Source: a virus (taxonomy: Duplodnaviria; Caudoviricetes). Taken from it: a stretch of 64,000 nucleotides of DNA. Below are positions 18,178-28,496 of this stretch, piece after piece. The translations under genes were made by a program, and so were the position numbers. The stretch lies in the IMG/VR virus record IMGVR_UViG_3300031992_000007, positions 1 through 64,000 of that record. One strand, 5' to 3'. Positions within the stretch are counted from its first letter, which is position 1, and each line of letters begins with the position of its first letter. The notes below the pieces were generated by a model that worked only from the letters and a program-made list of their open reading frames with translations, was not told where the DNA came from and searched no databases.

Positions 18178-19074
18178 TCACGCACGACTATTCGCAACTC
18201 GCACTACCTGTTCAACTGCTTTCTGACTAGAACACTTTATACGATCCCCTGAGTTGGAGACGTAGGTGAGTCCTTGGATCATGGAGACACGCTTTAGATC
18301 GTAATCTGCCAGCCCGCACCATATTGCAGGTACGGTTGTCTTCAGGCACGGGTCGTGAGCAGACACCCGCGCAAGCTTGATGGTGTATCCTCCACCAGCC
18401 TCAGGGATGACTACCCCGAGGACTTCCGGATGAGTGTACAGGAAGTGTCCGTAGGAGGTAAACCCATCTGTCATCCAACCGAAGTTGTCCTTGATCACGA
18501 TCTTGTCCTTATCAAGCTGCGCTCTATTGCGTAGTTTGGTAAGCGCATTAGCGCGAACGGACTTGTAGATGTCCACCGTCATATCCAGCGCTTTGTCGAA
18601 GTAGGTTCTGAGCGTGTACTCGCTCGGAGCCGTATCCTTAAGCGGTTGGAAGTGTGGCACCCACGCTAACAGGTTGGGTTTGAGGTCCCATCCTGCCGGT
18701 TGGATTTCACCGCGGACTGTATTATCGTCCCACTCGACCGAGTAGAACATGTCACAATACAGCTGGTTCCGTAACTGAGTGTCTTCCTCGATGGCGTCGA
18801 GGACTAGCCCACAGCTGGCGTACGGGATTCCATTGCTGTGGACAGGGGCACCAGAGTAGTGATGATCGAATGGATTGTTAGGCCCCCCACAATCTATCAC
18901 CAGATCCGCATGTTCCCAAGCGTACCGATCCCTCGACCGGTTGATGATGATCTTGCGATCAGACAGTGCCACTTTGATCACTGCTATCGCAAGAAGCTCA
19001 TCGCCATGGAAGCGGCCATCGTGGACGCAGATCACTGGTTCGCTGATACCCTGAAGTGTGTCTAACAAAGTCAT
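18178..19074 (-). CDS. MYG1-family (DHH-like) exonuclease/phosphoesterase
   Basis: HDGRFHGDELLA, RSRD, LVIDCGG, FDHH, YASCGLV, PAIWCGL motifs. Confidence 0.85.
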   Translation of the reverse strand: MTLLDTLQGISEPVICVHDGRFHGDELLAIAVIKVALSDRKIIINRSRDRYAWEHADLVIDCGGPNNPFDHHYSGAPVHSNGIPYASCGLVLDAIEEDTQLRNQLYCDMFYSVEWDDNTVRGEIQPAGWDLKPNLLAWVPHFQPLKDTAPSEYTLRTYFDKALDMTVDIYKSVRANALTKLRNRAQLDKDKIVIKDNFGWMTDGFTSYGHFLYTHPEVLGVVIPEAGGGYTIKLARVSAHDPCLKTTVPAIWCGLADYDLKRVSMIQGLTYVSNSGDRIKCSSQKAVEQVVRVANSRA

Positions 19075-19118
19075 TTTAAACTCCTTTCTTGTTTGATGTT
19101 AATAGACTCTAGACACAA

Positions 19119-19130
19119 AAGTAATATATC
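19119..19130 (-). promoter_or_regulatory. phiKZ-type early promoter motif TATATTAC
   Basis: Minus strand GATATATTACTT upstream of the MYG1 gene. Confidence 0.65.
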
Positions 19131-19196
19131 TGTCAACAGAATTGATCAACATTCTTTTACATTTCTCTACTTTTGTATGTTGAAAGGAGAACCGCT

Positions 19197-21788
19197 ATGT
19201 TAATTCGCAAAGCGGTGGTAGAGGGGTATATTCCGTTCACTCATGTTGGTAACAAACATGTTGAGTTTACGGTAGACCAACCTATCACAGCATTTATTGG
19301 TTCCAATGGTTCCGGTAAGAGTTCTCTACTTAGGGCAATAAGTGTATTCCCAGCAATTCGTACTGATTATGCCAAGAACGGGTTCATCGATTTGACTATC
19401 GAACACCAGGGTCACGTCTATGAACTTTCCTCTAGATTCGAAAATGCAACTTCTCCTAATTCCTTTAAGAAGGATGGAGTTGAGTTGAACATCGGAGGAA
19501 CTGGTGATACTCAGAAGGATCTTGTTGAGGAACACTTCGGGTTACTTCCGTATATTCACGAGATCATGTCTGGCAAAATGCAGATGTGCACGATGGTTAG
19601 GTCGGCTAGGAAACAGTTATTTAGTTCCTGTTATCCAAGCGACTTGTCTTTCGTGCTAGAGTATCACAAGAAGGTGTGCTCTAACATCCGATCTATAGGC
19701 AACCAGATCAAACTCATGCAGTCTAGAGAAGGAACTCTAGTAGCTTCTCAAATAGCACCTGAAGAAGAGGCTAGGCTAGCTGCTGAGAAAGACTGCTGTG
19801 TAGAGATCTTGGCTAGGATAGACAAAGTCAACCTTCTTCTAGAGAATGAGATCAACCAACTTCGTCAGCATCCGTACATGCACCAACAGTATCACCCTGA
19901 AGAACTAGTTGGTGTTGTCCACAGATTAAGGATGTTAAGGGAGGCTTACACTTCTGAATTCTTGGACAGAGAGTCAGGTAAGAAGTTGGGCGATGATGTC
20001 AGTCTACAGGGTCTTAGTAATCTGAGGATAAGACTGGCTTCTGAACTGGCTCACAAGGAAAAGAGCAAGGAATACATCCAGAGTAACCTTCAGGATATCA
20101 GAGACGAACTAGACAAACTCTCCAACATCAAGTATGCTTCAGCTAAAAACAAGAGAGACTCTATCATCAACGAGATGAACGTGATCTCTTCTGAATTGGA
20201 ACTGCTTGATCAAGATCCTTCGTGGAAAACCTCTGTTGTTATCCCGATGGAGAAGTTGGGAGATGTTATCGCTCTGGAGCACGACATCGTCGATCTTCTG
20301 GAACAGATCCATCCTTACTCAGGACACATCGTTGGTCAAGAAGAATTGGATAAGCTTCGTAATGAGATTTACATCTCGAAGAACTCTATCGGGACTCTAG
20401 AGAGGGAGAAGGAGGAACTCGAGAAACAGAACGAAGCTTGTAAAGCTAGACTTGGGGTATTGACCAAAAACAGCTATCCTGCTGACTGTACAAGGGTCTG
20501 TCCTTTACGAGCAACTATCGAGAGCAATACTAGAGATGTTCGGTTGAGGATGGCTGAGATCGACTCGCGTATTAGGACTATCAATGAACACGTGGCTGAT
20601 CTGCAGAAGTCCATCGATAAGAACAATGCAGTTCTGTCTGAGATAGCTCCCATACGTCCAGCACTTAAGATCTTGTACGAGTTGCTTCAAGAGAACTACC
20701 TGATGGAGATAGCTCTACAGGGAGATTCTTTCATCACTTGTCTTAACACATCTCCCATGGAGATCATCAATCGCGTTAGACGAGGAGTGGAGAACTCCAA
20801 GAAGTTCCACAGGTATAAAAACCAGAAACAGAGGTACGAAGAACTAACCAGGACTCTAAGTACACTTAAGACTATCGAGTCGACTCAGATGTCAGCAGAG
20901 ATGATCGAGAAGATCGTAGCTGACAGAGAGACTCGCATAAGCAAGGGTATCAAAGAGATCCAGGCTATCGAAGATGAGTGTGCCGAGATCAATGATAATC
21001 TTGACAAAGTGTCCAGGGTGGCGGAGATCATGGTTGATATCAACCGAATAGTGGACTCCGTCAAGACCAACATGAACATCAAGATCATTCGTACCCGTAT
21101 AGAGTTCGACCAACAGATGATCAGAGAACACGATGCTCTTCGTAGTGAGGTGAGTGCTAAACTCAGGGAAATCGAGAGAACTCTCGAAGATCAGAAACGA
21201 CTTCGTGATGTTCTTGACACTGAGATCCGTCCTACTATGAAGAGGCTTCGTAGAGATGAGGATATCTGGAAAGCTGTTGAAAGTGGGTTGAACCCAGCTA
21301 AGGGTTTACCTTGCATCTACCTTGTCAGGTTCATCAACCGTCTTCTCCAGAGAGCTAATGAATTCATCAAAGAGGTCTGGTGTCATGACTTGGAGTTGGT
21401 TTACCTTAACGAAGAAGATGATCTCGACTTCGCTATCCAGGTCATGCAGAACAAGAGCACTATCGTCAAGGATATCTGTTTGTGTTCCAACGGAGAACAG
21501 GCTATCATCAACCTGGCTATGATCTTGGCTATCGGTGTAGAGCGTGGTTATTTGAACTGGTGTTATTTGAAACTAGATGAAATAGACGCGGCTCTCACAG
21601 AAGGACATAGGTCTAAGCTAGTGTCACTGATAGACAGGTTAGTTAATGAGGGAGTTATCAAACAGCTTTTCCTAGTCAACCATTTTGCTATTCAAACTGG
21701 TATGTCCAAGTGTTCTACCATCTGTCTATGCTCTGAAGGAATAGTACTTCCAAATGAGTACAACAACGAAAATGTGACGATATATTGA
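19197..21788 (+). CDS. SbcC/Rad50-like SMC ATPase (phiKZ gp165-like)
   Basis: Walker A GSNGSGKSS, coiled coil with CxxxC hook-like CTRVCP, signature SNGEQ, Walker B LKLDEID, H-loop LVNH. Confidence 0.9.
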   Translation: MLIRKAVVEGYIPFTHVGNKHVEFTVDQPITAFIGSNGSGKSSLLRAISVFPAIRTDYAKNGFIDLTIEHQGHVYELSSRFENATSPNSFKKDGVELNIGGTGDTQKDLVEEHFGLLPYIHEIMSGKMQMCTMVRSARKQLFSSCYPSDLSFVLEYHKKVCSNIRSIGNQIKLMQSREGTLVASQIAPEEEARLAAEKDCCVEILARIDKVNLLLENEINQLRQHPYMHQQYHPEELVGVVHRLRMLREAYTSEFLDRESGKKLGDDVSLQGLSNLRIRLASELAHKEKSKEYIQSNLQDIRDELDKLSNIKYASAKNKRDSIINEMNVISSELELLDQDPSWKTSVVIPMEKLGDVIALEHDIVDLLEQIHPYSGHIVGQEELDKLRNEIYISKNSIGTLEREKEELEKQNEACKARLGVLTKNSYPADCTRVCPLRATIESNTRDVRLRMAEIDSRIRTINEHVADLQKSIDKNNAVLSEIAPIRPALKILYELLQENYLMEIALQGDSFITCLNTSPMEIINRVRRGVENSKKFHRYKNQKQRYEELTRTLSTLKTIESTQMSAEMIEKIVADRETRISKGIKEIQAIEDECAEINDNLDKVSRVAEIMVDINRIVDSVKTNMNIKIIRTRIEFDQQMIREHDALRSEVSAKLREIERTLEDQKRLRDVLDTEIRPTMKRLRRDEDIWKAVESGLNPAKGLPCIYLVRFINRLLQRANEFIKEVWCHDLELVYLNEEDDLDFAIQVMQNKSTIVKDICLCSNGEQAIINLAMILAIGVERGYLNWCYLKLDEIDAALTEGHRSKLVSLIDRLVNEGVIKQLFLVNHFAIQTGMSKCSTICLCSEGIVLPNEYNNENVTIY

Positions 21789-21857
21789 CGTTCAGCTAGA
21801 GTGGGTTCGGCCCACTCTAGCACCATCGTATGCTTTCTTTATTTAAGGAGATTTGAA

Positions 21858-22679
21858 ATGACTAACCCTCTAGACTATGCTCTCAAGGCCATAGCTCGAA
21901 AGATCCAGCCACAGATTCTCGAGTTGGCTCTGCGTCATTACAACTACACTCATAACGAACATCTCACCCTTACGTCCTTCCTGATGAAGGAGATCATCGA
22001 GAATGCTGTTCTTGTTGATGCCAACCTTACCTCAGGCAGAGTCAAGACTATCCCTCTTCGTATGGAGTGGATAGAACGTACTACTAGAGACCACGGTAGG
22101 TTCGCCGGTGATGATGGTGAGTTTACTCTCTTCAGGATCCCGCCTGAGTTCAGGGACAACATGCCTATCACGATGGTTCTGGCTCTTCAGTATCCTTTCC
22201 AAGCTTATGTGGGAAGTGGTATGGGGGACCTCTCTGTCGGAACTGGTGGTTACAACCTGAATGAACAGATCAATGAGATTCTCAACTCGTACACATTGTC
22301 CAATCCTAGAAACCACCCAGTAGCAGAATTGCTTGATGGTGACCTCATTCGTGTAACACCTTCACAGTACGCTCATCAGAACTGGTTGCTTACGTGCAGG
22401 ATAGCTTACGATGATCAGTTCACCTCTCTCGATGTTTCTTCTATTCCTGTCTTGGCCAACCTGGCAGTTATGGCTACGAAGCAGTGGTGTTATACCAACC
22501 TTCGTATCCCTGCTGACAGAGCTGTACAGGAGACAGGTATGGATCTCCCTACCATCACATCTATTCTCGATGAGTGGAGGGATATCGACCAGTTGTACCA
22601 AGAGGAATTCACTAAGTTCCGTGGTACGAGCAACATAAGCCCTGACATGTACAGACGTCTGGTGTTGTTTATGGCATAA
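21858..22679 (+). CDS. conserved phiKZ-like virion structural protein (gp164 position)
   Basis: AAGGAGA RBS; MTNPLDYAL...IQPQILE start; adjacent to SbcC as in phiKZ. Confidence 0.55.
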   Translation: MTNPLDYALKAIARKIQPQILELALRHYNYTHNEHLTLTSFLMKEIIENAVLVDANLTSGRVKTIPLRMEWIERTTRDHGRFAGDDGEFTLFRIPPEFRDNMPITMVLALQYPFQAYVGSGMGDLSVGTGGYNLNEQINEILNSYTLSNPRNHPVAELLDGDLIRVTPSQYAHQNWLLTCRIAYDDQFTSLDVSSIPVLANLAVMATKQWCYTNLRIPADRAVQETGMDLPTITSILDEWRDIDQLYQEEFTKFRGTSNISPDMYRRLVLFMA

Positions 22680-22691
22680 AAGAAAGAACTT

Positions 22692-22720
22692 CCTCTACGG
22701 CGCTTAGTGCGCCGTAGAGG
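22692..22720. terminator. terminator between convergent genes
   Basis: CCTCTACGGCGC/GCGCCGTAGAGG hairpin. Confidence 0.7.
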
Positions 22721-22728
22721 TGAGTTAT

Positions 22729-24630
22729 TTATTCGCACGTGTAGGCTACAGCATAGTCCGAAACACGAACACCAAGATCCACTACTGTAAGCGCTGCTAG
22801 AGGAGCAACGTTAAGAAGCAGATCGAGTTTGTCACGAACATTGAGCAGTTTGTCCAACAGAGCAAGCAACGCGGCTCTCTGTGCAGCTGTACACTCTACC
22901 CTAGGATTAGCAAGTCCATCTGTCCAATGTTCATTGTCAGGGGACTTAGCTTTCATCATTCTGACAGTGCAGTCAAGGATGTACATAGAACCTATGTAAT
23001 CACAAGCCCTCCACACATCAGCAATGAGAACAAGGTCGAGTACTTCAGAGAGTTTGACGACAGTATCTTCGTCTACGCAGACGAGGGGTGACTTTACATT
23101 ATCTCCTTCATCGTTGTACTCTCTTTGAACAGTACCAGCTAGCTCGAACACTCTGTTGTTGTACTGCCTGAAGTCAAGAGCATCCCATACTCTCTGGTTC
23201 CTCTGACTGTCATAGGGGTTGTACACGAACCCAAGGTCGTTGTAGCAATACCCTGTCCAGTCCTTGACCAGAATAGGATCTGTCTGCTGATCGTGAGACT
23301 TAGCAGAAGATGCAACAAGATCATCCCAAGCATCTTCGTTGAAACGAATAGCATCAAGGAAGTCGTCGACTATGTTGTCCAGGTTGTACTTCTGATAGAT
23401 CTCATCGTTGATATCAACGAACTTAAGGAAGAACGCCTCTTGGTTGATGGCATCCACCAGTTCATTGACTTTGAGTTTCATCTCTCGGATGCTATAGTCG
23501 GATTCCCTAAGTGAATTGATGATAGGTCTATCCAACGTATCCCTGAAGTCACAGCAGTCGACAAGAGCATTGATACGCAGAACAATATCCTCAATAGTGA
23601 AAGGAACTGAATCCAAGATCTCACGATACTTGAACTTCTTCCTGTGACTCACAGTAAGGATAGATCTATAATGCCTGATCAGGATGTTGATGTAGTTCTT
23701 GAGACGTTCGAGGTCTTCGTTGGTGCAGTCGACATACAGTTTGCTAGCCAGCTCTGCAGTATCGTCGGCAACAACCTGACGGAAGAGAATACAGTCTGCA
23801 GGATTGCTCCACACATTGTTCTTCGTCAACCCAGGTATAACCACGATCAACTCACCGAAGTTACTGGTCTTATCCCAGGCGTTACCAACGTTCCTGTACG
23901 TTCCGTAAGATAACCTCTGATAGATGTCTTTGCCTCTCAAGTCACCAACTGTGTGTACTCCTATTAGAGAGTAACCGTTGTCTGTTTTGAGGAAGTAATC
24001 TCCCTGGTTAAGAACAGCACATCTCTGGAAACTGTTGAACATCTCGTTGAAGAAGTAGTAGTGGTTAGCTGCTACAGCAACTTCCCCTGAAGGAATAGCT
24101 ACGTAGAATTCGTGCTCCTTAGGGTTAGTGGGATCTTGAGCAACAAGTTCGTAATACTTCTCCTCTTCACTCAAAGGTCTGTCAGCTGGACGGGTAATCC
24201 TGAACTTGGGAAGCATCGTGCAGATAACAGCATCAATGAGAAGCTGCAACCTGTACTTATACCTCACACAGAACTCAGCAGAGTGCCTGAGGATGTAACC
24301 TATAGCAAATACATTGAGCGAGTTAAGTCTGAAGACAGTGTTCTCGTTGTTCGCCTGGTAAGTTCCAACTGACTCGTAGAACCTGGTGTCGAGTATCTGG
24401 TCACTTGCGATGTGCGGATCTTTGCGACCGTGATCTATCGGCATGTGAGGGAAACCACCCTCAATATGCATGTTTCCATTTTCTCGTTTGAACAGTCTTC
24501 CAAGCAAACCTTCCCTAAGGAACTGAGCTACGTCACAGACGTTGTTACGTAAGTGACAGAAGCAGTCATCAGTGAACTTGGAATCCGCAACGTACGAGGA
24601 TGGAAGAAGATGTTTGTACTTAGCTTCCAT
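22729..24630 (-). CDS. hypothetical protein (633 aa)
   Basis: Long ORF with GGAGG RBS, co-oriented with the upstream virion gene. Confidence 0.75.
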   Translation of the reverse strand: MEAKYKHLLPSSYVADSKFTDDCFCHLRNNVCDVAQFLREGLLGRLFKRENGNMHIEGGFPHMPIDHGRKDPHIASDQILDTRFYESVGTYQANNENTVFRLNSLNVFAIGYILRHSAEFCVRYKYRLQLLIDAVICTMLPKFRITRPADRPLSEEEKYYELVAQDPTNPKEHEFYVAIPSGEVAVAANHYYFFNEMFNSFQRCAVLNQGDYFLKTDNGYSLIGVHTVGDLRGKDIYQRLSYGTYRNVGNAWDKTSNFGELIVVIPGLTKNNVWSNPADCILFRQVVADDTAELASKLYVDCTNEDLERLKNYINILIRHYRSILTVSHRKKFKYREILDSVPFTIEDIVLRINALVDCCDFRDTLDRPIINSLRESDYSIREMKLKVNELVDAINQEAFFLKFVDINDEIYQKYNLDNIVDDFLDAIRFNEDAWDDLVASSAKSHDQQTDPILVKDWTGYCYNDLGFVYNPYDSQRNQRVWDALDFRQYNNRVFELAGTVQREYNDEGDNVKSPLVCVDEDTVVKLSEVLDLVLIADVWRACDYIGSMYILDCTVRMMKAKSPDNEHWTDGLANPRVECTAAQRAALLALLDKLLNVRDKLDLLLNVAPLAALTVVDLGVRVSDYAVAYTCE

Positions 24631-24639
24631 AACACCTCC

Positions 24640-25884
24640 TTAGTCACAGTCAAACGACATGAGAATGATGTAAACAACGAAAGCTATCCTCAAGGATGCT
24701 CTAGTCGTAGGACGAGCAGAGAACTTACCTTTATCGATAAACTGTCCGATACTCTCTTTAACCTTGAGGACAAGGTCGTCACTTATACGAGAGGCACTGA
24801 ACAAGTCAACTGCCTTCTTGAGAATAGCACCTCTGTTCTTCAGGTCAACCTTCTCCATGATGCACCTGCGATAAACACGCTGGATCAAGTTGGAGATAAG
24901 GATGTGATACCCGAGGAAATACTTGCCATCTCTGCTAAGCAGATCCTGCTGACGTTTCCTGTACTGAACAGTTGCAGAGGATGAGTACTGGAGAAGCACA
25001 TTCCTCATCATGTCTGCATTGGCATTCTTGATAAGCCTGCTCGTAATGACTATGAAGTCTTCTCTGACGAACTGCTGAATGTTAATAACCCTATTGCAGA
25101 TTGACGAGATCATCCCGTCGAAAGAAGTCTTCAGTTCACGAACTATCTTCTCGCCTTCCTTATCCGTACCAGTCAAGTCAACATCACCGATAGTCCTACC
25201 AGCTTTAACCATCTCGTAGTACTTCTCAGCAACACCTTTGACCTTGGAACGAATGCGAGTCTGCAAGTCTGTTGCAATGTAAACAACCTTCTGGTCGGGG
25301 ATGAAATTGTTCATCGAGTTCCAGTGGATGTTCTTAGGGTCACACATCTCCTCCGCACGCTTGAGCATCACCAGTCTCCAGGTGGAAGTCTCGGCATGCT
25401 TGATGTCGAACTTGTCTGTAAGGCTGTCGATGGTAGCTTCCATGATTCCCTTGTTGGCACCATAGGGGAAGTAGTGTCTAACCAAGGAAGAGAAGAACTT
25501 AACCATCAGCATGAAGTACAGAGAGGTTATGACACTCTCTTTAACTGATTTGGAGAGTTTGGAATTAGCGAACTGATACGACGCCCAAATAACCAAAAGG
25601 TTGAACTCATCTGAGGCAACCTGGAAGTTAGATGGGATCGAGCTCATCTTGATGGTTCTCTTGAATTCCATTCGATCTATACCAAGAATGTCGAAAAGAG
25701 CTTGTGAGTCTTTGGTATAGAAACCCATCTTGCTTACGCCAAGCATAGGTGTGTTGAGAGCATCCGGATGAGTATCTCTGTTGCAATACAAAACACACCA
25801 CCTGTTGATCTCAGTAGCTGTGCGCATATCGAGAGGGAAAGTGAAACTAGAGAAGAGTTGTTTGAGCGGTGGTCTTACTGCCAT
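24640..25884 (-). CDS. conserved phiKZ-like virion structural protein
   Basis: Motifs HPDALNTPMLGV, FQVASDEFN, KFFSSLVRHYFPY, KFDIK, TDLQTRIRSKVK recalled from jumbo-phage virion proteins. Confidence 0.55.
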   Translation of the reverse strand: MAVRPPLKQLFSSFTFPLDMRTATEINRWCVLYCNRDTHPDALNTPMLGVSKMGFYTKDSQALFDILGIDRMEFKRTIKMSSIPSNFQVASDEFNLLVIWASYQFANSKLSKSVKESVITSLYFMLMVKFFSSLVRHYFPYGANKGIMEATIDSLTDKFDIKHAETSTWRLVMLKRAEEMCDPKNIHWNSMNNFIPDQKVVYIATDLQTRIRSKVKGVAEKYYEMVKAGRTIGDVDLTGTDKEGEKIVRELKTSFDGMISSICNRVINIQQFVREDFIVITSRLIKNANADMMRNVLLQYSSSATVQYRKRQQDLLSRDGKYFLGYHILISNLIQRVYRRCIMEKVDLKNRGAILKKAVDLFSASRISDDLVLKVKESIGQFIDKGKFSARPTTRASLRIAFVVYIILMSFDCD

Positions 25885-26013
25885 ATAGCCTCCTCTTAAT
25901 TAAAAAATAAAAGCCATAAAATGGAAAAAGAAAAGTTATCAACCACCCCGACCTTGCGGCCGGGGTGGAAGGCAACTAGTTCTTTTTCTTCGTTGTACCG
26001 ATCACGGCAGATA

Positions 26014-26373
26014 TTACTCAGCCGACTCCTCGGAACTACCAACGTACTTCTTGTACAGGCAGTATCCTGCGAGTGCAAGGAGGACGACACCAGCACCGGT
26101 GTAGACCCCCTTAGAGTACTCGTTCCAGTACCACGGACCGTTATTAGCGGCCTTGGCTGCAGCGGCCTGCGTCTGGGCCGCAGCCTTCTGCACGCTTTCC
26201 AGCAACGCCTTCTGCTCCGGAGTCAGATTGGCCAGCTGATCAGCGGAGGGCTGAGCCGGAGTGTCCGGCTTGGGAGCCTCGGCCGTAGGAGCCGTAGGAG
26301 CTGCGGGGGTCGCGGGAGTTTCTTTGTTGTCCATTTGTTCGTTCCTTTTTTGGATTTGCTTATCAACCTTCAA
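26014..26373 (-). CDS. Pro/Ala-rich protein with C-terminal membrane anchor
   Basis: PATPAAPTAP repeats; TM segment GAGVVLLALAGYCLY; promoter motif at 26414-26425; start uncertain. Confidence 0.6.
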   Translation of the reverse strand: MKVDKQIQKRNEQMDNKETPATPAAPTAPTAEAPKPDTPAQPSADQLANLTPEQKALLESVQKAAAQTQAAAAKAANNGPWYWNEYSKGVYTGAGVVLLALAGYCLYKKYVGSSEESAE

Positions 26374-26413
26374 TACACCATGTACTAAAAGTCTTTAAGC
26401 GTTCGTAACACCC

Positions 26414-26425
26414 AAGTAATGTATA
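26414..26425 (-). promoter_or_regulatory. phage promoter motif (TACATTAC)
   Basis: Minus strand TATACATTACTT. Confidence 0.55.
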
Positions 26426-26452
26426 AACGAACAAATTTGATTAACATGAAAC

Positions 26453-27205
26453 CTAGCTTACTACCCTAGACGCCTTAGTTGTCAACCCCGATTCCTTGGA
26501 GAAATAAGCTCCTACAACCTTCAGGTTCCTTGCAAGCAGCAGATCCCTAGGCCAGGCATAATCGCCATCGATATCCGTAGAGTAGTCGATAGGGCAATTA
26601 GCGCTATTGTAAGCCATGTTGATGATCGAGCTACAGAACAAGGTATATTCCTTCTCAGCTGTAACCTGCTCAGCAGCATTGACTCCAGCAGAATTATCCG
26701 CCGGTGTAGTCTTATTGGAAGCGAACAGGTGTTTGAACAGAGAGATGAATACCTTACCGAAAGCATATGGAGTCTGCTTCTTCTGCTTGTCGTACATGTA
26801 AGAAGACACCTTCTTGGCTTGTTCGGGTGTTATCTTATCATGGTGCATAATGATGCAGATCTCGTGGGTATTCAAGAAGCTCTCGATCTTGTCTGTATTG
26901 ACCAACAACTGATCGATCTTCGTATTGCAGTCGTACCCGATAATCTCCTTGGCATCTTTGCCTACCACCTTACAGGAGGTGAAGGAGTTATTCTGCACCC
27001 ACTGATTAAGTGTAGTGTTGATCCTCTTGTGCCATGGAACCTTGGATGTTTTCGGGTAGGTGATGATAATGTCACCTTCTTTGATCTTCTCTTTGAACTG
27101 AGCCTTGGTCAGAGCAGGTGCTTCCTTAGTCAGCTTATCGACATTCTTGTCGTTGGACTTGAATACCTCCTGAGACACGCCGCCATATCGAGCAACTCCT
27201 GTCAT
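26453..27205 (-). CDS. permuted papain-like (YiiX/YebB-type NlpC/P60) protein
   Basis: IKEGDIII N-terminal strand, PY, FCSSIINMAY catalytic-Cys motif, WPRDL. The expected His appears replaced (FTSCKVV). Confidence 0.6.
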   Translation of the reverse strand: MTGVARYGGVSQEVFKSNDKNVDKLTKEAPALTKAQFKEKIKEGDIIITYPKTSKVPWHKRINTTLNQWVQNNSFTSCKVVGKDAKEIIGYDCNTKIDQLLVNTDKIESFLNTHEICIIMHHDKITPEQAKKVSSYMYDKQKKQTPYAFGKVFISLFKHLFASNKTTPADNSAGVNAAEQVTAEKEYTLFCSSIINMAYNSANCPIDYSTDIDGDYAWPRDLLLARNLKVVGAYFSKESGLTTKASRVVS

Positions 27206-27453
27206 ACTCTTCTTATCCTTCCTAGTTCTATAAGTTCGTAAAACCACATGTAGCAACATGTCAGCAGTAATGCAACTATCAATAAAGGGAGGGAGTAGAT
27301 AACGAACAAAGTACCAGATATTGACTGGAAGTCCGTTGAATCTTTCCTAAGCCCTGCAAAGATAACTACTGACACGATGTACAAAACACATCCACAGATT
27401 GCACTAATCAAACTCTTGATCCTCCATACGGTTATTAACCATAGGATAATCAA
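27202..27453 (-). CDS. small membrane protein
   Basis: Two hydrophobic helices; fits between nrdG and the next gene. Confidence 0.5.
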   Translation of the reverse strand: MIILWLITVWRIKSLISAICGCVLYIVSVVIFAGLRKDSTDFQSISGTLFVIYSLPLLIVALLLTCCYMWFYELIELGRIRRV

Positions 27454-27454
27454 G

Positions 27455-27973
27455 TCACTTTCTATCGAACTTGTAGTTTACTTCCTTGGCAACAATACCA
27501 TGCTCAAGTTCCAGTATCCTCTGGTTCCTACTCCCACGGAAGGTTAGACTGATGTCTTTCTGCTCCTCTATGAAAGGTCCATCTACCAGGTGATCGACAA
27601 GTCCGAGTAACTGTTGCTGAGGCGAGAAGGTCTTCCCACAGAATTTCTCTATGTTGTATCCGGACCACACCCAGATGGATTTGTCAACACCAAACTTCTT
27701 GCGTATAACTCTGCACAGATCTACTAAGACCTCTGCGTTCTCCGGTTCAAGAGGTTCACCACCTAGGATAGACAAACCTTCTATTTGAGGTTTCTCGAGT
27801 TCCTTGAGGATCTTGTCCTGTACTTCTTGGGTAAAAGGTTCTCCGTGGTTGAAGTCTTGAGCTTCTGGGTTGAAGCAGTTCTTGCAGTGGATTCTGCAAC
27901 CACTGACGAACAAGGTAACTCTTACGCCAGGACCATTGGCCACATCACATGTTCTCAACGCAGAGTAGTTCAT
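27455..27973 (-). CDS. nrdG: anaerobic ribonucleotide reductase activating protein
   Basis: DVANGPGVRVTLFVSGCRIHCKNCFN (radical SAM CxxxCxxC), GLSILGGEP, LVDGPF, FRGSRNQR. Confidence 0.95.
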   Translation of the reverse strand: MNYSALRTCDVANGPGVRVTLFVSGCRIHCKNCFNPEAQDFNHGEPFTQEVQDKILKELEKPQIEGLSILGGEPLEPENAEVLVDLCRVIRKKFGVDKSIWVWSGYNIEKFCGKTFSPQQQLLGLVDHLVDGPFIEEQKDISLTFRGSRNQRILELEHGIVAKEVNYKFDRK

Positions 27974-28245
27974 TTCTTATACCTCCATAAAGCAAAGTTG
28001 GTATAACCAAAGGACAGAATGAAAATATTCAAAGTCCAATCGTAGCAGTTGTCTTTACCTTTAACTGCTCCGTTGTTGTGCAACCACCACCAGGTAGATG
28101 GGTGCAGAAGTCTATTCCAGTAGATTCCTAACGACCACACTTTGTCAACAGATGAATGCCACAACTCCAACTGCATGGCTACCTTGGTAAAACTACAGCT
28201 GAACTTCCAAGCCCACCTAGGGGCAAGTTTGAAATTTATCGTCAT
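27970..28245 (-). CDS. Trp-rich hypothetical protein
   Basis: AAGGAG RBS; overlaps the nrdG start. Confidence 0.55.
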   Translation of the reverse strand: MTINFKLAPRWAWKFSCSFTKVAMQLELWHSSVDKVWSLGIYWNRLLHPSTWWWLHNNGAVKGKDNCYDWTLNIFILSFGYTNFALWRYKK

Positions 28246-28298
28246 GTTAAGACTCCTTTCAGATGTAAAATATCTGACTTAAATAAATGATAATACCT

Positions 28299-28496
28299 TC
28301 AGCTGGGTTGACCAGCTGAAGGGGAGGTCTTACCACGTTCGATATCTTTGGCTTCACAATAAAGACGGAAGCATGTCTTGTCAGGGGACTTTTTCCTGAG
28401 TGCCTTGACTGGGCACCCGACACATTCGGGATGCGCAACACATTGAATGTCGAATGCATCCAGATAGTCAGTCATCCAATGTTGTTCATTATTCAT
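28299..28496 (-). CDS. small Cys-containing hypothetical protein
   Basis: 65 aa; C-x4-CxxC pattern; coupled to the upstream gene. Confidence 0.45.
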   Translation of the reverse strand: MNNEQHWMTDYLDAFDIQCVAHPECVGCPVKALRKKSPDKTCFRLYCEAKDIERGKTSPSAGQPS

